Shown piece after piece: positions 13,441 through 27,178 of a DNA stretch of 64,000 nucleotides. The stretch is taken from positions 18,840,711-18,904,710 of the forward strand of contig MU054187.1 of the NCBI GenBank assembly GCA_013239625.1, read 5' to 3'. How positions within the stretch are numbered: the stretch's first letter is position 1; each line of letters begins with the position of its first letter. The notes beneath the pieces are model-generated. The model was not told the DNA's origin and did not search any database. It saw only the letters and a list, made by a program, of their open reading frames with translations. The stretch is from Lama guanicoe. Its lineage: Eukaryota. The translations under genes were made by a program, and so were the position numbers.

Positions 13441-15354
13441 TACTTTAAAGTCTTAGAACCTATATTTTAGAATAGAAGGAGACTTTAAGTACTATGAAGT
13501 ATAACCTTTTCATGTTCTGCATGATAAAAATTAGTTCACAGAGAGATTAAAAGACGTAGATGGTAAGTTACAGGACCAGTACTGAAATCCAGCTCTCCTG
13601 ACTCCATGACTTCACATGGCCTCTCCATTATAGCTAGCTGCCCTGAATTCTCCCTAATTCTTAAGCTAGCTGGATCATATTTCTCCTCTCCCTTCTTTAT
13701 ACAATGTTTTCTAAGCTATTGTCTTGTCCAGTCATCACTGCTAACATAATTCCTTTATTGTAGAGGTTTACTAGCTTTATTATTAACTCTATGAAGCACT
13801 TTGTGATGCTAGTTACGAAGAATAGCTCATGAAAATAAACTGTAACATGTAAAAAAAAAAAAAGCCCCAGTCCACAGCAGCACCACACACAGTGCATCTA
13901 ACAAAGGCTCAGTTGTGCTGTTGCAGGGAAGAGTCAATAATTAGTAACACATTTCTAAAGGTCTCTCTTGCATAATTTTTGTGTCCAGATGTCTATGACA
14001 TTTGGGTTCTAAAATAGAGTTCCAAATACCACACATTCATGCACATTTTCCAAGAATAATTGGATGATTTTTGAATCTTTCTATTTAATAAACATCAGGA
14101 CTAAAGATGGACTCCTTCACAATATCAAATTTATTCATTTTAAACATCCATTTTGATGTGGCAAGTGTTTGGCATAAACACAATTAAAAGAGTGCCAGAT
14201 TGTAAATCCTTTGAAGTTTTTGTTTATGATATGTCTCTTCCAACTGCTAGTAGTGTAAAAATGGAAGGTAATTTACATAAAATTTTTCAATTCACATGTT
14301 CTTGGAGATTAACTTTTTCTTTTCTTTTCTTTCTTTTTTCTTTTTTTTTGAGATTAACTATTAACAATTCCCTCAAAACCCTTTGGAGGATCCCCACGGC
14401 CTAGAGTGTAAAGTCCAAGCTCCCTAATAAAGTACAAGCTCCTTTTGCTGCATCTGGTCCTGCCTACCTCTCTGGCTCCAACAGTTTCCACTCCTCCAAA
14501 GTTTGTGCTCTGGGAACACTGAACTGCTTGTAATTCCTGGAACACGGTGGAATGCTGCTTGTTTCAGTGCCTTTGTACAGGCTGTGCTCTTCCTCTTCAG
14601 TCTCCCAGCTTTGTTCTGTGCACCTTTAAGTTCCAGCTCGGGTGCCACTTCCTGTAGAAGACCATCTCTGATGCCCTCAACTTGGGTGAGGGAGTTCTTG
14701 GGAGCATAACTCCCTCCCTGAACTACACTGAATTACAACTAGCTATTGATGCATGTTTCCCGCTGGGACAAGGACTACTTTAAGGAGGGCTCATCTTTGT
14801 CCCCACAGCACTGGGTAGGAGTTAAATAAAAGATACATGAATAAATAAGGCATCTGCATACAAAAATTGAATTACAGGAAAGCAACAATTAGAGTTCAGT
14901 GATTGCTAGGTGCAAGAAATCCTCAATTAATTAGAACCAGCTACCTGCCTGAATTTACTGGAATTTTTGAAGACAGAAGATTTACATTATGCTTTAAAAA
15001 AAAATCTCAGGAAGAAAACGTTATTGCCAAAGATCTCTTAAAAATGAGTGAAAGGATAAAAAGACAATTTCTAGGGTATGTTATAGCATAAGCAAGATTT
15101 AGCACAAACTTTCCAACCTTCTACATTATTTCAGTGGCCGCCAATCATTGGAGAACTGAGGCTCCTTGAAACCACTTAAAATGATCTTAAATCTACTACT
15201 GTACTCTGAGTATCTATGTATATATAATAATGATGCTATATGAATATTTTAAAATGTATGTCGACATTTGAGGTTAATAAAATAAAACCATTTAAAGCAA
15301 TACTTCATTCACAGAACCAATGTCCTTATATATTTTCTCATTCCTTGTTTTCAG

Positions 15355-16010
15355 ATATTCATTTGACAAATAATATACATATTGAGAGCCTAGGATGTGC
15401 CAGGCCCTGTGCAAGTGCTGGGGATTCAACAATAAACAAGTTAGATGTGACTTCTGTCCTCAAGGTGTTTACAGTCTAGTAGAAAAGAGACAAAAAACAG
15501 ATAATAATGAGCCCTATGAAAGAAAAAACTGGGAGCTATGTTAGAAAATAATGAGAGAGAAGAAAAGAGATACTCAGAGAAAGCTTTTCCAGGAAAGTGA
15601 TTTTTATTTTAATTTTTTAGCTTGTTTTGCGGGGGAGGGGGGTAATTAGGTTAACTTATTTATTTATTTTATGCAGGTACTGGGGATTGAACCCAGGACC
15701 TCATGCACGCTAAGCATGCGCTTTACCATTTGAGCTATACCCTTACCCTGAAGGTGATTTTTAAATTGAAATCCAAAGACTAAGAAGGAGCCAGTAGGGA
15801 AAGAGCGGAAGGGATAGCTTTCCAGATAGAAGGGTCAGCATGTGCAAAGGCCCAGCCAAGAAAGAACCTCAGATGCTTTGAGAAACTGAAATAAAGCCAG
15901 TGTGGATACAGCAGGCTGGGCAAGCAGTGAGGTGGAGCTGGAGAAGCAGGCAACACTGGGTCATTCAGGATGGAGCACTGTAAGTGTGTGATTTCCTTCT
16001 AATCACAGAA
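15355..16010 (-). mobile_element. L2 LINE fragment
   Basis: ATTCATTTGACAAATAA...GTGCCAGGCCCTGTGC...CAGCATGTGCAAAGGCCC. Confidence 0.7.
15607..15749 (-). mobile_element. Vic-1-like SINE inserted in an L2 fragment
   Basis: Family core; TSD AA(A/G)GTGATTTTTA. Confidence 0.88.
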
Positions 16011-18029
16011 AGAAGTGGAGAGAGGAGACTACTCACTGTCTGTCTAAATTATGCATCACAGGGCTAACTGTGCTGCATGTAAATAAGTGCTTAATTGTGC
16101 TTCCCAGATACCCAAGTAATATTTCTGAAAGTATTTATCTTTCAGAATACAGAAAAAAATACTGGCATACCAAACATTCTCCCAAAATATGAATAATTTC
16201 TTCTAGCAGATCTAGTCAGTTGTGTATTGGTAGAAGCTTGGACCTTCACAACACCCTTTTCAACCAACCTTAAACAGATATCTCTAGAGGGAAAAAGGGC
16301 TGTTGAACTTAGGATCCAAAGGGCATTTTTTTTTTCTTTAACTCTCAGCATGCTGGTTCCAAATGGCAGCATATTGTCCAGTTGGTTCTTACTCTGGTCG
16401 TGAAATTTCGCAAGGGTTGTGCCTGGAGATAAAACTCAGGGAGGACGCAGATGCAGTTAGCCAGGGATTGGATGCTGCTGCCTTCATTCTTGAATTCCAG
16501 AGGATCACTGTGCCGTTTGCTCTAAGTTTGCTCTCATTGTTTATTCTCACATAAGCTGAATTTTTGTGCCTCCGAGGGATTCTCCCAAATGAGAAGGAGG
16601 AAGAGGTTATGTTTCCACATCCTTTTGTGTTTGAAGAACAGTCTCAAATTTAACATAAGAATATAGTCATCATAAACATACCTTAATGAATATCTACAAA
16701 GTATTTTATAATTTTTAACCATTTTCACCCGTTTGTGACTGCGTGGATCATGTAACTGGGAGCATTTGCCCTCTACAGTGCTCTGAGGAGATTGAGAAAT
16801 CAGCTGTCAGTGATTTCCCTGGGGGTCTCTGGAGCTTTGGTGATGTAAGCACTTTTCTTCATTGTGTTAAATTTAGGAGGAAAGAAGAATCTGCCGAGTT
16901 TGTGTTTCTGATGGCAGTAAGCCAATTTTCCTTTCCATATGTTGCTTGCCCTGGGGCGCTCAAAAGGTACATGGGATTCATTTCCACTGAAGGAGAAGCC
17001 TTAGAGCATGAGGGGAAAAGTGAATGAGACAGGATGGTATGATTAGCTATTTACTGTGATCTGCAAAAGAATACAAAAAATGGGGACTGGAGGCAGAGGA
17101 TCAGGAAGGTGTACAAAGTCAGGTTGACATTCATGTAGATTTTCTTGATTTGTTTACAAAATAGGCAAGTTTGAAGCACAGGTCCTCACTGAGATGACAT
17201 TCCAGTGGATTTCAGGTACGGAAGTGACCTATAGTTTGATTCAGTGCTCTGATGAGGGAAGTAGAGATTACTGGGATGGTAGGACCCAGGAAGGATGTGC
17301 AGTCTGTGGGGAGGTAGGCTTTCTGGAAGAAGTCCTTTCTAAGCTGAGATCTAAATAATAAAAATGGAATTTCAGGCACAGTAATGGGCTGGGGTGGACT
17401 AGAATGTGGAGCAGGGAGGAGGAAGCATTTATGCAAAATATAGTTAAATGGGAGGTGCATTCCAGGAACTGAACGTAATTCGACACGCTGACGCAGAGTG
17501 TGTAAGTGGAACGGGCAAGGAGTTACTAAGGGAGGAGGCTGGAGATATGTATCCAATTATGAAGGGCCTTCCAGGACAAGCTAAAGATTGATCCAGGGAC
17601 AATGGGGATCCCAGACAGATCTTTAGAAGGAGAATGTTCAATTGAGAAAGATCAACTTGGCATCAGTGTAAAGAATGGATTACAGGGATCCGTGGGTAAA
17701 TCAGGAAGCCAATAGGAAGTTGTTGCAATGATGCAGACAGTAGATAATGATGACCTGTGCTAGTGGAGGTGGTAAAAGTGGATAGAGTTAGGAAGTAAAA
17801 ATAGTGAGACGTGATAATTGGTTGGAAGAAGGAGGTGGAGGAAAAGGAGGCCTGCGTTTCCCTAGTTTTCTGGTTTAAAGAGCTGGTGGATGATGAGTTT
17901 ATTCTCTAGGAGGAAAGCCAATCAATTGGGTCAGTGTTCTTTGCACTAAGCCATGCCGTCTGCCCCTCTGTCCAGAGCACGCTGGAGGGAAATTTGCCTA
18001 GCCAAAACGCGGCTATGAATCAAGTACCA

Positions 18030-18146
18030 GAGTTGTGATTTCCTAGGATAGTCTTGTTTTATGCCTATTGTCTGAGAGCTCATCTGGCCTAGCAGTTTTC
18101 TGGAGAAGAGTGTCCTGGTTTGGATCATCAATTATAGTTACCCTAT
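18030..18146 (+). mobile_element. MER94-like hAT-Blackjack MITE
   Basis: CCTAGGATAGTCTTGTTTTATGCCTATTGTC...GTGTCCTGGTTTGGAT...ATAGTTACCCTA. Confidence 0.55.
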
Positions 18147-18667
18147 TTACGGGTAACTGCCCTTAGAAGGAAAAATAAGTTCGTTCTTCTCTTGAACACA
18201 AATTTTACTGGGTTTGTAGCCATACGCCAGTATGTAAAAGGGATGAGTTGGCTGGAATAATTTAGTAAAGAATAACTTTCATTATTCATGTCATTTATCT
18301 GAGTAAGAAATTCTAAGTTATATCTAGCCTGACTGAAAAAATTTCGAGTACTTGACAAGTTTTGTTATTTCACCTCAATCTGCCATTTTATTTTTTAAAT
18401 TGTGAGTTTAAGTCATTCTAAATTCTCCAAAGGGGTTTAAATAAACCACGGACATGGCTACAGTATTATAAATGTTTTGCAAAATTTTTGTTCTCATAAG
18501 TGTTATTTTGGGTAGATGAGATTATTGTTAGGATAGGAAGCACCATTATATCCTAAAGTGAAGGGTTGATTTATGGGCTTTGGGGAAATAAAGATATCCA
18601 GGATGTCTGAACATGGTGAAACTATTCCAGAGCTCTGTTTTTTTTAAAAAAAAAAAAAACAAACTCA

Positions 18668-19180
18668 TATTTACAATAGCCAAGACATGGAAACAGCCTA
18701 AATGTCCATCAACGGATGACTGGATAAAGAAGAGGTGGTATATTTATTCAGTGGAATACTACTCAGCCACGCCACNNNNNNNNNNNNNNNNNNNNNNNNN
18801 NNNNNNNNNNNNNNNNNNNNNNNNNNNNNNNNNNNNNNNNNNNNNNNNNNNNNNNNNNNNNNNNNNNNNNNNNNNNNNNNNNNNNNNNNNNNNNNNNTAA
18901 TACAAAAATAGACTCACAGACATAGAATACAAACTTGTGGTTGCCAAAGGGGCGGAGGGTGGGAAGGGATAGACGAGATTTCAAAATTGTAGAATAGATA
19001 AATAAGATTATACTGTAGAGCACAGGGAAATACACACAAGATGTTATGGTAGCTCGCAGAGAAAAAAATGTGACAATGAATATATATATGTTCATGTATA
19101 ACTGAAAAATTGTGCTCTACACTGGAATTTGACACAACACTGTAAAATGATTATAAATCAATAAAAGATGTTAAAAAAAT
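18668..19180 (+). mobile_element. 5'-truncated L1 3' end, interrupted by an assembly gap
   Basis: Translates as IFTIAKTWKQPKCPSTDDWIKKRWYIYSVEYYSA (L1 ORF2 C-terminus), followed by L1 3'UTR and an A-rich tail. Confidence 0.92.
18776..18897. other. Assembly gap (122 N)
   Basis: Run of N. Confidence 1.
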
Positions 19181-22010
19181 CACAAAATCTACCTAAATGT
19201 TTTTATCTACATACCTCGTTTATATATTTATAGCCCATCTCCTTCCAAAAAGGACAAAAGATAGCTCCGAAAGATCCAGTCCCCATTAGAAACCAGTTTT
19301 TTCATAGACGTTGATATGTTTCTAACTGCAACTGTTTTTTGAAAGATAAGTTTATATAAGCCACCCGGTTACTTCACTTTCAAACAGATTGCATTCCAAA
19401 AATGCATTTGAGGATTGGCTCTTTGAAAGTTGGAATACATTTTTTTTTCTTTCAGAAACATGGTGATGGTTGAGTTCCCAGGCAAGTGCACAAAAACCTG
19501 GTCAACCTTGGATGTTTACTGCTTGCTTGAATTCTGGGTCCTGGAGGTATTACTGAGGAGAGTGGAATGCTTTTCTCTATCAGGAGGAAAATTCTAGAAA
19601 AGGTAAAGAGTGTCTTGTTATCACCTCCTTTCTCTTCATTCTCTCTCTCTCCTGGTATTTCTCTAGGCCTCCATGCTGTTCCAGGTCCTCACTGCTTCCT
19701 TCCATTTGGACCTGTTCCAACTCCTTATAAATGTCTCAGTTCCTAACGATTGCTTCTTTCTTCCCTAATAAAACTCCTGTGTCCTCAGTGTACTTTTCTT
19801 AACTTACCATTAAAGCATTCTATTTGAACACCATATGTGAATGACTAATGGATTCTGAATATTTGCAGAGCTCTTTCTAAAAAAGACATATAAGTGAACA
19901 TATATTACTTCAAACATTTATATTATGGAGAGGGAGAATGTAATTCAATTTAATAGGGGGAAATTCAGGTTAAGACAAGGTATTTTTGTACCAGAGTCTC
20001 CAAAATTTGATTCTTTAAGTTCCTACTTTATTTATGTGTTTATTTACAATTTCCACCTTTACTTTTAAAGATAGCAACAATTAGCATTAGTATATCACCT
20101 TACAATACACTTTGATATACATTTGAAACTGTAAAGTATTATTCCTATTTGACAGAAAGGAAAAGTGAGGCTCAGAAAAGCTAAGCGTCTTGCTTAGAAT
20201 GTCCAGCTCAGGCTGGAAAGGTCCCAGTTCCAGAGACCGAGCTCCTGGGCAAGTTCTCCTCATTCAATTGCCTTTCCAGTTTCCAAAGTTTCCAACATCT
20301 CCATGCTGACAGTGAAGGTTCTGGCACTGCTGATGAGAGGAAGGGCATGGAAAAACCAGGAATTTAGTTCAGGACTGCCATCCCTAGAAAACCATTTAGA
20401 TGTGTCTCTTGTTGTAAGAAATAGTTTTCTGCTAATAGCTGATATAAACTTGAGATCTGGTCAGAAGGGATGGAGGAAGGGAGTCAGGAAGAAATGGAAA
20501 CTTCACACATTCAGGGGATATATTTATACACTATGTATATGTTTGTATATGTATGTATATTTAATAATGACTTTACATTGCCTATCAGAAAACACAAACC
20601 ACTTTCTACCATGTTGTTTTTGTGGGAGAAGATGAACTCTGTGTCCTTCTATTCCACCATCTTGAAGCCCTTCAATCTACCATATTGTTTCTCAATTTTC
20701 CATTATTGACGAGACAAATTATATAGCCTATAAATGTCACTGTTTAGGAAACATTCAGAATCAGAGAACACACACTTGACCAGATGGTGAATAAATGAAA
20801 ATAAATAAATAAATACAAAGAGGTGCAGTCAAGAAGCCATAATATTCTTAGTGGTAATCAGAATTAAAATGAAGCCTGTCAAAATAAAATTCAAAAAGAA
20901 TCTGTACATTTGGAAGAAGGAAAATGTCTTGATGGCAAGTTCTGACCATGGCAGGGAAACTCTCTTCTTGTTCCTAAATAACATATATGGATCTGTTAAG
21001 AAGAACTTTCTCTTTGGGGGCCCATCCAGTTAATCAGCAGTGACAAAGACTACACAGGAAAACACAGATGCTCAGAAGTCCCAGTCAGGTTTTGGGCATG
21101 AAGAACCAAGGGGACCAACCGAGGCTCCCCTTGGGGTGCTTAGAACCATAAGCCCTTGAAAACTCTCACTTTAGTCTGCCTAGTACTTGAAGTGTGCTGA
21201 AAAAGCAATAGGGAAAGAGGAGACTCAAATCATTAACTCTTTCCTTATTAAAACATTCATAGACACCTAAACTTAAACATAATATTAGGCAAATATTTAT
21301 CAGAAGTTTCTCAAGAAAGAAAAACCTGTGCAACTGTGTGATAAAAGAAAGGTAGTAGATGATGGCATTTAAAAAAAATGAATCATATGATCTTTTGTGG
21401 GAAAGAAAGGGGTTTTGGGGAGTGGGGAGGAAAAAGCTAAGGAAGGCTGTGATGATTTCTTTTTTTAAGCTGCTGATAACCTATCAAATCTAGGTTGGAG
21501 AAAACCCCAGCAATGAAGATGTTGATCCACTTGCTTTAGACAAAAGCTAGGACTTGAGGTAGACAGACAGGCTAGAGCTTGTCATTATTTGGGAATGATT
21601 GGATTTATTTATTTGAACCTCCTCAAAGAATGTTAAGGTTAATTTAGAGCAAAAGAAGCATTTTTAATTTTGTTTTGGCAGGTGTGGGGACTTCGTATTT
21701 GTATAGAAGCATGTGTGGGTTTACCAAGGTATAGGAAAATTCACTAAGATTAATTTACCAGAGTACATTTTTTAAATAAAAGAAGGGTTCTAAAATCAAA
21801 GGTGTATTTCAATGTGATGGTTATTCTTAATATTCTTTACTCAGTTAATTTGTCATTATTTATTTAGACATAACCTTAAATTCCAGTGCAAATTATAATT
21901 CTGTTCTGTTATTTTCTATCAACATACTTTGCTTATGCCAGCACATAATTCTCATAGTTTGATAAAGGAGCTTCTTTTGTAGTTAAAGAGCCGTTTACAG
22001 AGCAAGTATA

Positions 22011-22382
22011 CAGTCAGCCCTCCATTTTCTCTGGTTCTGCATTCACAGATTCCACCAACCACGGATTGAAATTATTTGGGAAAAAAATAATTCCAGAAAG
22101 TTCCCGAAAAGCAAAACTTGACTTTGCCATGCACCAGCAACCATTTACACAGCTCTTACATTGTATTCACAACTACTAACAGAGCATTTATGTTGTATTA
22201 GGTATTATAAGCAATCTAGAGGTGATTTAAAGTATACGGGAGGATGTGAGTAGGTTATACAAAGCAAATACTATGCCATTTTATATAAAGGACTTGAGCA
22301 ATTGCGGGTTCTGGTATGGATGGTAGGGTTGGGGCGGGGATTGTCCTAGAACCAATCGCAGGAGACCCTGAGGGGATGACTG
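22011..22382 (+). mobile_element. Tigger3a/MER7-like TcMar-Tigger MITE
   Basis: TA|CAGTCAGCCCTCC ... GAGGGGATGACTG terminal inverted repeats. Internal CCAAAAAGCAAAACTTGA-like and AATCTAGAGGTGATTTAAAGTATACGGGAGGATGTG signatures. Confidence 0.85.
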
Positions 22383-22422
22383 CATCTTTGTGATCATGGT
22401 ATCTCCCCTGCCAGGTATGTAT
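22383..22422 (-). pseudogene. 3'-truncated U1 snRNA retro-fragment (U1 nt ~1-40)
   Basis: Minus strand reads ATACATACCTGGCAGGGGAGATACCATGATCACAAAGATG versus U1 ATACTTACCTGGCAGGGGAGATACCATGATCACGAAGGTG. Flanked by 17-bp direct repeats GGATGACTG(C/T)ATCTTTG at 22374-22390 and 22424-22440. Confidence 0.93.
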
Positions 22423-23596
22423 AGGATGACTGTATCTTTGAATGAAAATAACATATAATCTACATTTTGGATCAATTTATATTGAAATCTGCTAACTATA
22501 CAGATTTATGGGAGCACAGTATTTTTTGTGTAATGAGTATTTCTTGAATACATGGATTTTATATGGAGAATTTAAGAACAGGGTAAATTTTTCAAAAAGA
22601 GTGGATTTAGTTGGATAAAACAGGTGATGCAAAGAGCAGACCCAGTGAAGCCCCATGGGCAGCAGAGCAGCTCAGGGCCATCCTCTCAGATCAAGAAGGC
22701 TCAGAGCGCTGCTGGTAAAACCCAAAGCATACACAGTATCTCGTACTTTACTAAGTTTGTTCAATTTTTTATTTTATAAGGTCTTCATAACTTTTACCTC
22801 CAAAATATGTTTTAAGTATGTCCTTAGAATAATATCATGATGTCCTATTACGGCCTATGAGGCCCTCTGGATCTGGCCCCTGCCTACCTCCCACATAATC
22901 TCACCTACCCTCCTCTCTCATTCACTTCCCTCTTGGCAAGAATCTTCTTCCAATTCCTCCAATATCAGAAAGCCTTTCCCATCTTAGGGTCTCTGCACGT
23001 GCTGTTCTACTTAAGAAACTCGTTCCCTCCCATTAGCCAAGTTTGTTCCTTCTCATTTTTTGGCTGAATGAATGAGCAGACCAAATATAATATCTGAGAA
23101 GTGGGGAAACACCAGACTGAGGAAGGCCTTGACTGTCCTTCACTTGGGAGCTAATGAGAAGCCTTTGAAGCTTTCAGACTAGAGACATTTACAAAATAGA
23201 ACTTTTGAATGAAGAGTGTGAGGATAGTGTATCAAAGGGAAACGGAAGGGATGCCCACTCAGGAAGTTACTGCTATTTGATTATGTGGTTAGTCAAACCA
23301 TGTCCTTCTTGTGCATGGTTTTAAAATGATAAAATGAGGAGAGTCCCGAACCAAAAGCAAGTGACCCCTGCTCTAGTCCTGCACTAACTACCTGAGGTCA
23401 TCACTAACTACCTAAGGTCTAACCACTCAAACAAATGGCTTGTGAACCTCTAAGCTTCTAATTCTAGCACTGAGGAAAGCTCTAAGTACATAGTAGGCAC
23501 TAAACAAATACTTATTTGTTAAACAAATTAATAAATAAGCAAATAAAATCTATGACTATATGATACGCTTTTCACATTTTAATATTTATGGTTCTT

Positions 23597-23746
23597 TTTT
23601 TGTTTGTTTGTTTTGGGGGGGAGGTAATTAGGTATACTTATTTACTATTTTTTTTTTTTTTACTTAACTGAGGTACAGGGGATGGAACTCATGACCTCCT
23701 GCTTGCTATAAACATACACTCTACCACTGAGCTATACCCTCCCCCA
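23597..23746 (-). mobile_element. Vic-1-like SINE
   Basis: Family core; TSD TATTTATGGTTCTTTT on both sides. Confidence 0.88.
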
Positions 23747-25409
23747 GTATTTATGGTTCTTTATAGGAACCTTGGAAGTTCAGAAAACTATCAAGAAGGA
23801 AAGAAAAATCACACATAATCCCACCATCCTGAGACAATTATGATTAACATTCTTACATAGCTCCCTTCCATCTCTTTTTTTTTAATTATTCCCTCCTCTG
23901 TGTTCCCATTACACTATGTTTATCATTCTATTATCCTAACTTTTATTTTATATCATAATTAGTTGTCTGTTTTCTCCTGTTAATTAAGGGCTCCCTAAGG
24001 GCAAAGGCTGCTGTTTATCCTCATGTCCTTAGGGCCTACGACAGGGTATGGAACAAAAGTGCGGTTTTGTTTTGTTTAAATTTCACATTCAAAGTGAATC
24101 CTGTAGTATACATAACCATCCATCAGAAATTCTTACCTTTAGAGATTTATCATCATTTCAACTCAACATATCTAAAACGATTAAAACTCCTATCTCTTCC
24201 TACAAGAAAACAAACGAAATAAAACAAAACCTTTCTACTCCCTCTGTGTTGTCATCGGTACCTTATTTTCTCGGTCAAGCTTTAAACTTTGAAATTATTT
24301 TGATTCTATGTGGTTGCTTCCCATTTCCAGTAGCAATTTATTCATTCCACAAATCAACACCAAGAGATGCACTGCTGTTCTGTGTGCTAGGTATAGTAAT
24401 AGCAAATAGCACAGACAAGGTTCCTTCTCTTTTGGAACTGACATTCTAGTGGAGGGAGACATGTAACAAACACAGAAGAAAAATGTCAGATGACGGTAAG
24501 TGCTTCATGGAGAATTAGAACCAAATGATAGGTAGACAGTAGCTGTTTCAGATTGCTCATCAGAAAAGACCTCCCTTTAGGATGCTTCTCCTCCCTCTCT
24601 CCTCCTTTTTGGTCCTCTTGCCAACAGGCCCTCATCACCTCGTGCCCGCCTTATTCTAACAGCTTAATGGACGGCCTTCTTGATTTCAGAACCAACTCCA
24701 TATCCTGCCTTTACACTGATCTTCTGTTTGATTGTTGTGGAAAGAGAGGATAAGATCTGTGGAAAATTGTAATTTTCTCCTTTGTTAAGCACACAGATAA
24801 CAGCCTAAATTACAGAAGTCAGATCCAATTTTTACTCACCAGACAGAAAACTTAATTACTCATTAAGTTAATAAGAGAGTCAAACTGGAGAGATCTCTTT
24901 GAATTTCAGCTCAGAGACCTTTCTGATTAGTGTTTAGGGAGAAGGGAGTCAGAACTACTCCCTGGAAGGAGCAGGGACCGAGTCCTTTCACGAAGGCCAC
25001 CCAGAAGAGAACGTTCACGGAGCTCCAGCTGGGTGCTATGAACTGTACTGAGTGCTTAATTCACTTTCTACCACCGAGACCTCATAATTACCCTCTATGA
25101 TAGATATAATTAATTAACTTACCTCCAAGCCCCACAATTAGTGAGCGGTAGTGCAGTGACTAGGACTCAAGTTTGGGTAGAAACCGTAAATTTCTTTTTT
25201 TAAGAAACCGTAAATTTTATAAATTGGTTATAAACGATATTCTGAGAAACATAAACAAGAACTACAAGTCAGTGGAAAGTGAGTGGTACCTAGAACAATT
25301 ATTTGTAGAATAAACGAATAAACAAATGAGAATAAATAGGAAAATTTATGCCTAAACTAGTCATTTAGGAAAATGAGCAGAGGAAGGAACTCACCACAGT
25401 TAAAGCTGG

Positions 25410-26130
25410 TCATTCATTCATTTATGCAACAAATAGTCGTGAGTACTTTGAGTCAGATGCTGTGCTTGGCGTTAGGGATATTGTCCCTGGTCTCAAGGAG
25501 CTTGTTTTAATGGGGCAGGAAGACAGTAATATAGACATGCTTTGAATGAAAAGCACAAGGTACTTTGAAAGCGGAGGATCTGAGCTACTCTGGAGGATCC
25601 TTAGCAACTGATGCTTAAATTGGAAACTAAAAGATACATAGGAGTTTGTCAGGCAAGTGAGCAGGTGTGAGCATTCAAAGCAGCGTGAACATTATGTGCA
25701 ATGTTGTACCATTACATCTCAAGGCAGAAAGCAGCATGGTGTTTGAAGATTGGAAGGGAATCAGTTTGAGTGGAGCTTGGTAAAGAGAGTAGGGAGGTGG
25801 AGTGAGGGAGATCATATAGGGACTTAGAGATTTGGGGCTTTATCCTAAGACATTAAAGGATTTTAAACTAGAGAGGGGCAAGACCAGTTTTGTGTTTTAA
25901 AGAAATCATTATGTCTGCTTGGTGGAGAACAAATTGGAAAAAAATCAACTTGAATGCAGAACACCTAATTAGGAGGGTTATTGCAACAGTGCAAGTAAGA
26001 CTTGATAGTACCTCTCATTGGATAGAAAGAACTGGATGGATTTAAGAAATATATAAGATGTAGAATAGATAGGATTTGGTGTTTGATTTTATTAGAATAT
26101 GACCACATGGGCATGTTTCTGGAATGACTG
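25410..26130 (-). mobile_element. L2 LINE fragment
   Basis: CATTCATTCATTT tail, GTCCCTGGTCTCAAGGAGCTT and GGATTTTAAACTAG motifs. Confidence 0.7.
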
Positions 26131-26231
26131 GCCATATTCCTAAAGTAAGTAAAAAGGTGGTGTTAATTAATGGCATTGGGACCCCCTAGATGAACCAGAA
26201 GAGTGTGGAGAGTAAATATCCTAAATTCAAC

Positions 26232-26391
26232 TTTTTATTTTTTAATTTTTTTGCAGAGGGAGGTAATTAGTTTTATTTTAAAATTTCTATTATTATTTTT
26301 TTTTTTTGATGGAGGTACTGGGGATTGAACCCAGGACCTTGTGCATGCTAGGCATGCCCTCTACCATTGAACTATACCCTCCCCTCCCCCA
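26232..26391 (-). mobile_element. Vic-1-like SINE
   Basis: Family core; TSD CCTAAATTCAA. Confidence 0.88.
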
Positions 26392-27031
26392 CCTAAATTC
26401 AATCTGAAGAAGTAAGCGGTTAGAAAAGTGAGACTTGGGCTGGGCTGTATCAGCCATTGTGATAAAGGAGGGTTTGAAACTCACTGGCTAAGGATGGTGA
26501 TCCTAAAATTTTTCTTTTTTTCCCTTTTTTAGAAGAGGGAAACCTGGAGCTATGGCAGGATCCCTGCCCCTCCTGGGGAGAGAAGAATGCGGGCTAGATT
26601 GCTCCTGGGTACAGATCCCTGGTATAAACTTTTTGACTTCTCATGCCTATGAGAAAAATAATATTTTAGTAAGCAGTGCTGTAAGTTGTATTTATTTATA
26701 AATCATAAAATATTGTCAATCTCTACATTAAATATTGGTAATTGTTTTATTGTATAGATGCAAATAAATAGAAATAAAAATGGTATCCATTTCTTCATGT
26801 ATCCCAATAGATCACGGTATTTTGGAGATAACTGGTCTAGAGAATTTTGAAAAAAAAAATACCAAAGTACCAAAGTACCATTATTTCAGACATGCAACTA
26901 CTAAAAGTACAAAAGTCAACTTTAAATCTTTTAATTTAAATGAAATAGTAAAACAGTCAAGTTAACCTTTTTAAGGTTTACAATCAATCAATCATCAAGC
27001 AAAAATAATACAAGGAAGGCTTCTAAATTCA

Positions 27032-27178
27032 ATTTTTTTAAAATGTATATTTGGTGGGAAGAGGTAGTAGGGTAATTAGGGTTGTTTTTTTTTTTTATTT
27101 TAATGCAGATACTAGGATTGAACCCAGGACCTTGTACATGCTAAGCATGTGCCCTACCACTGAGATATACCCTCCCCC
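27032..27178 (-). mobile_element. Vic-1-like SINE
   Basis: GGATTGAACCCAGGACCTTGTACATGCTAAGCATGTGCCCTACCACTGAG core. Confidence 0.85.

Noticed and set aside
18766..18775. GCCACGCCAC duplication next to the gap
   Set aside because: At a contig edge; most likely an assembly artefact.
23382..23419. 20-bp imperfect tandem repeat CACTAACTACCT(G/A)AGGTC
   Set aside because: Two copies only, in a degenerate MIR-like context; ordinary slippage and not CRISPR-like.
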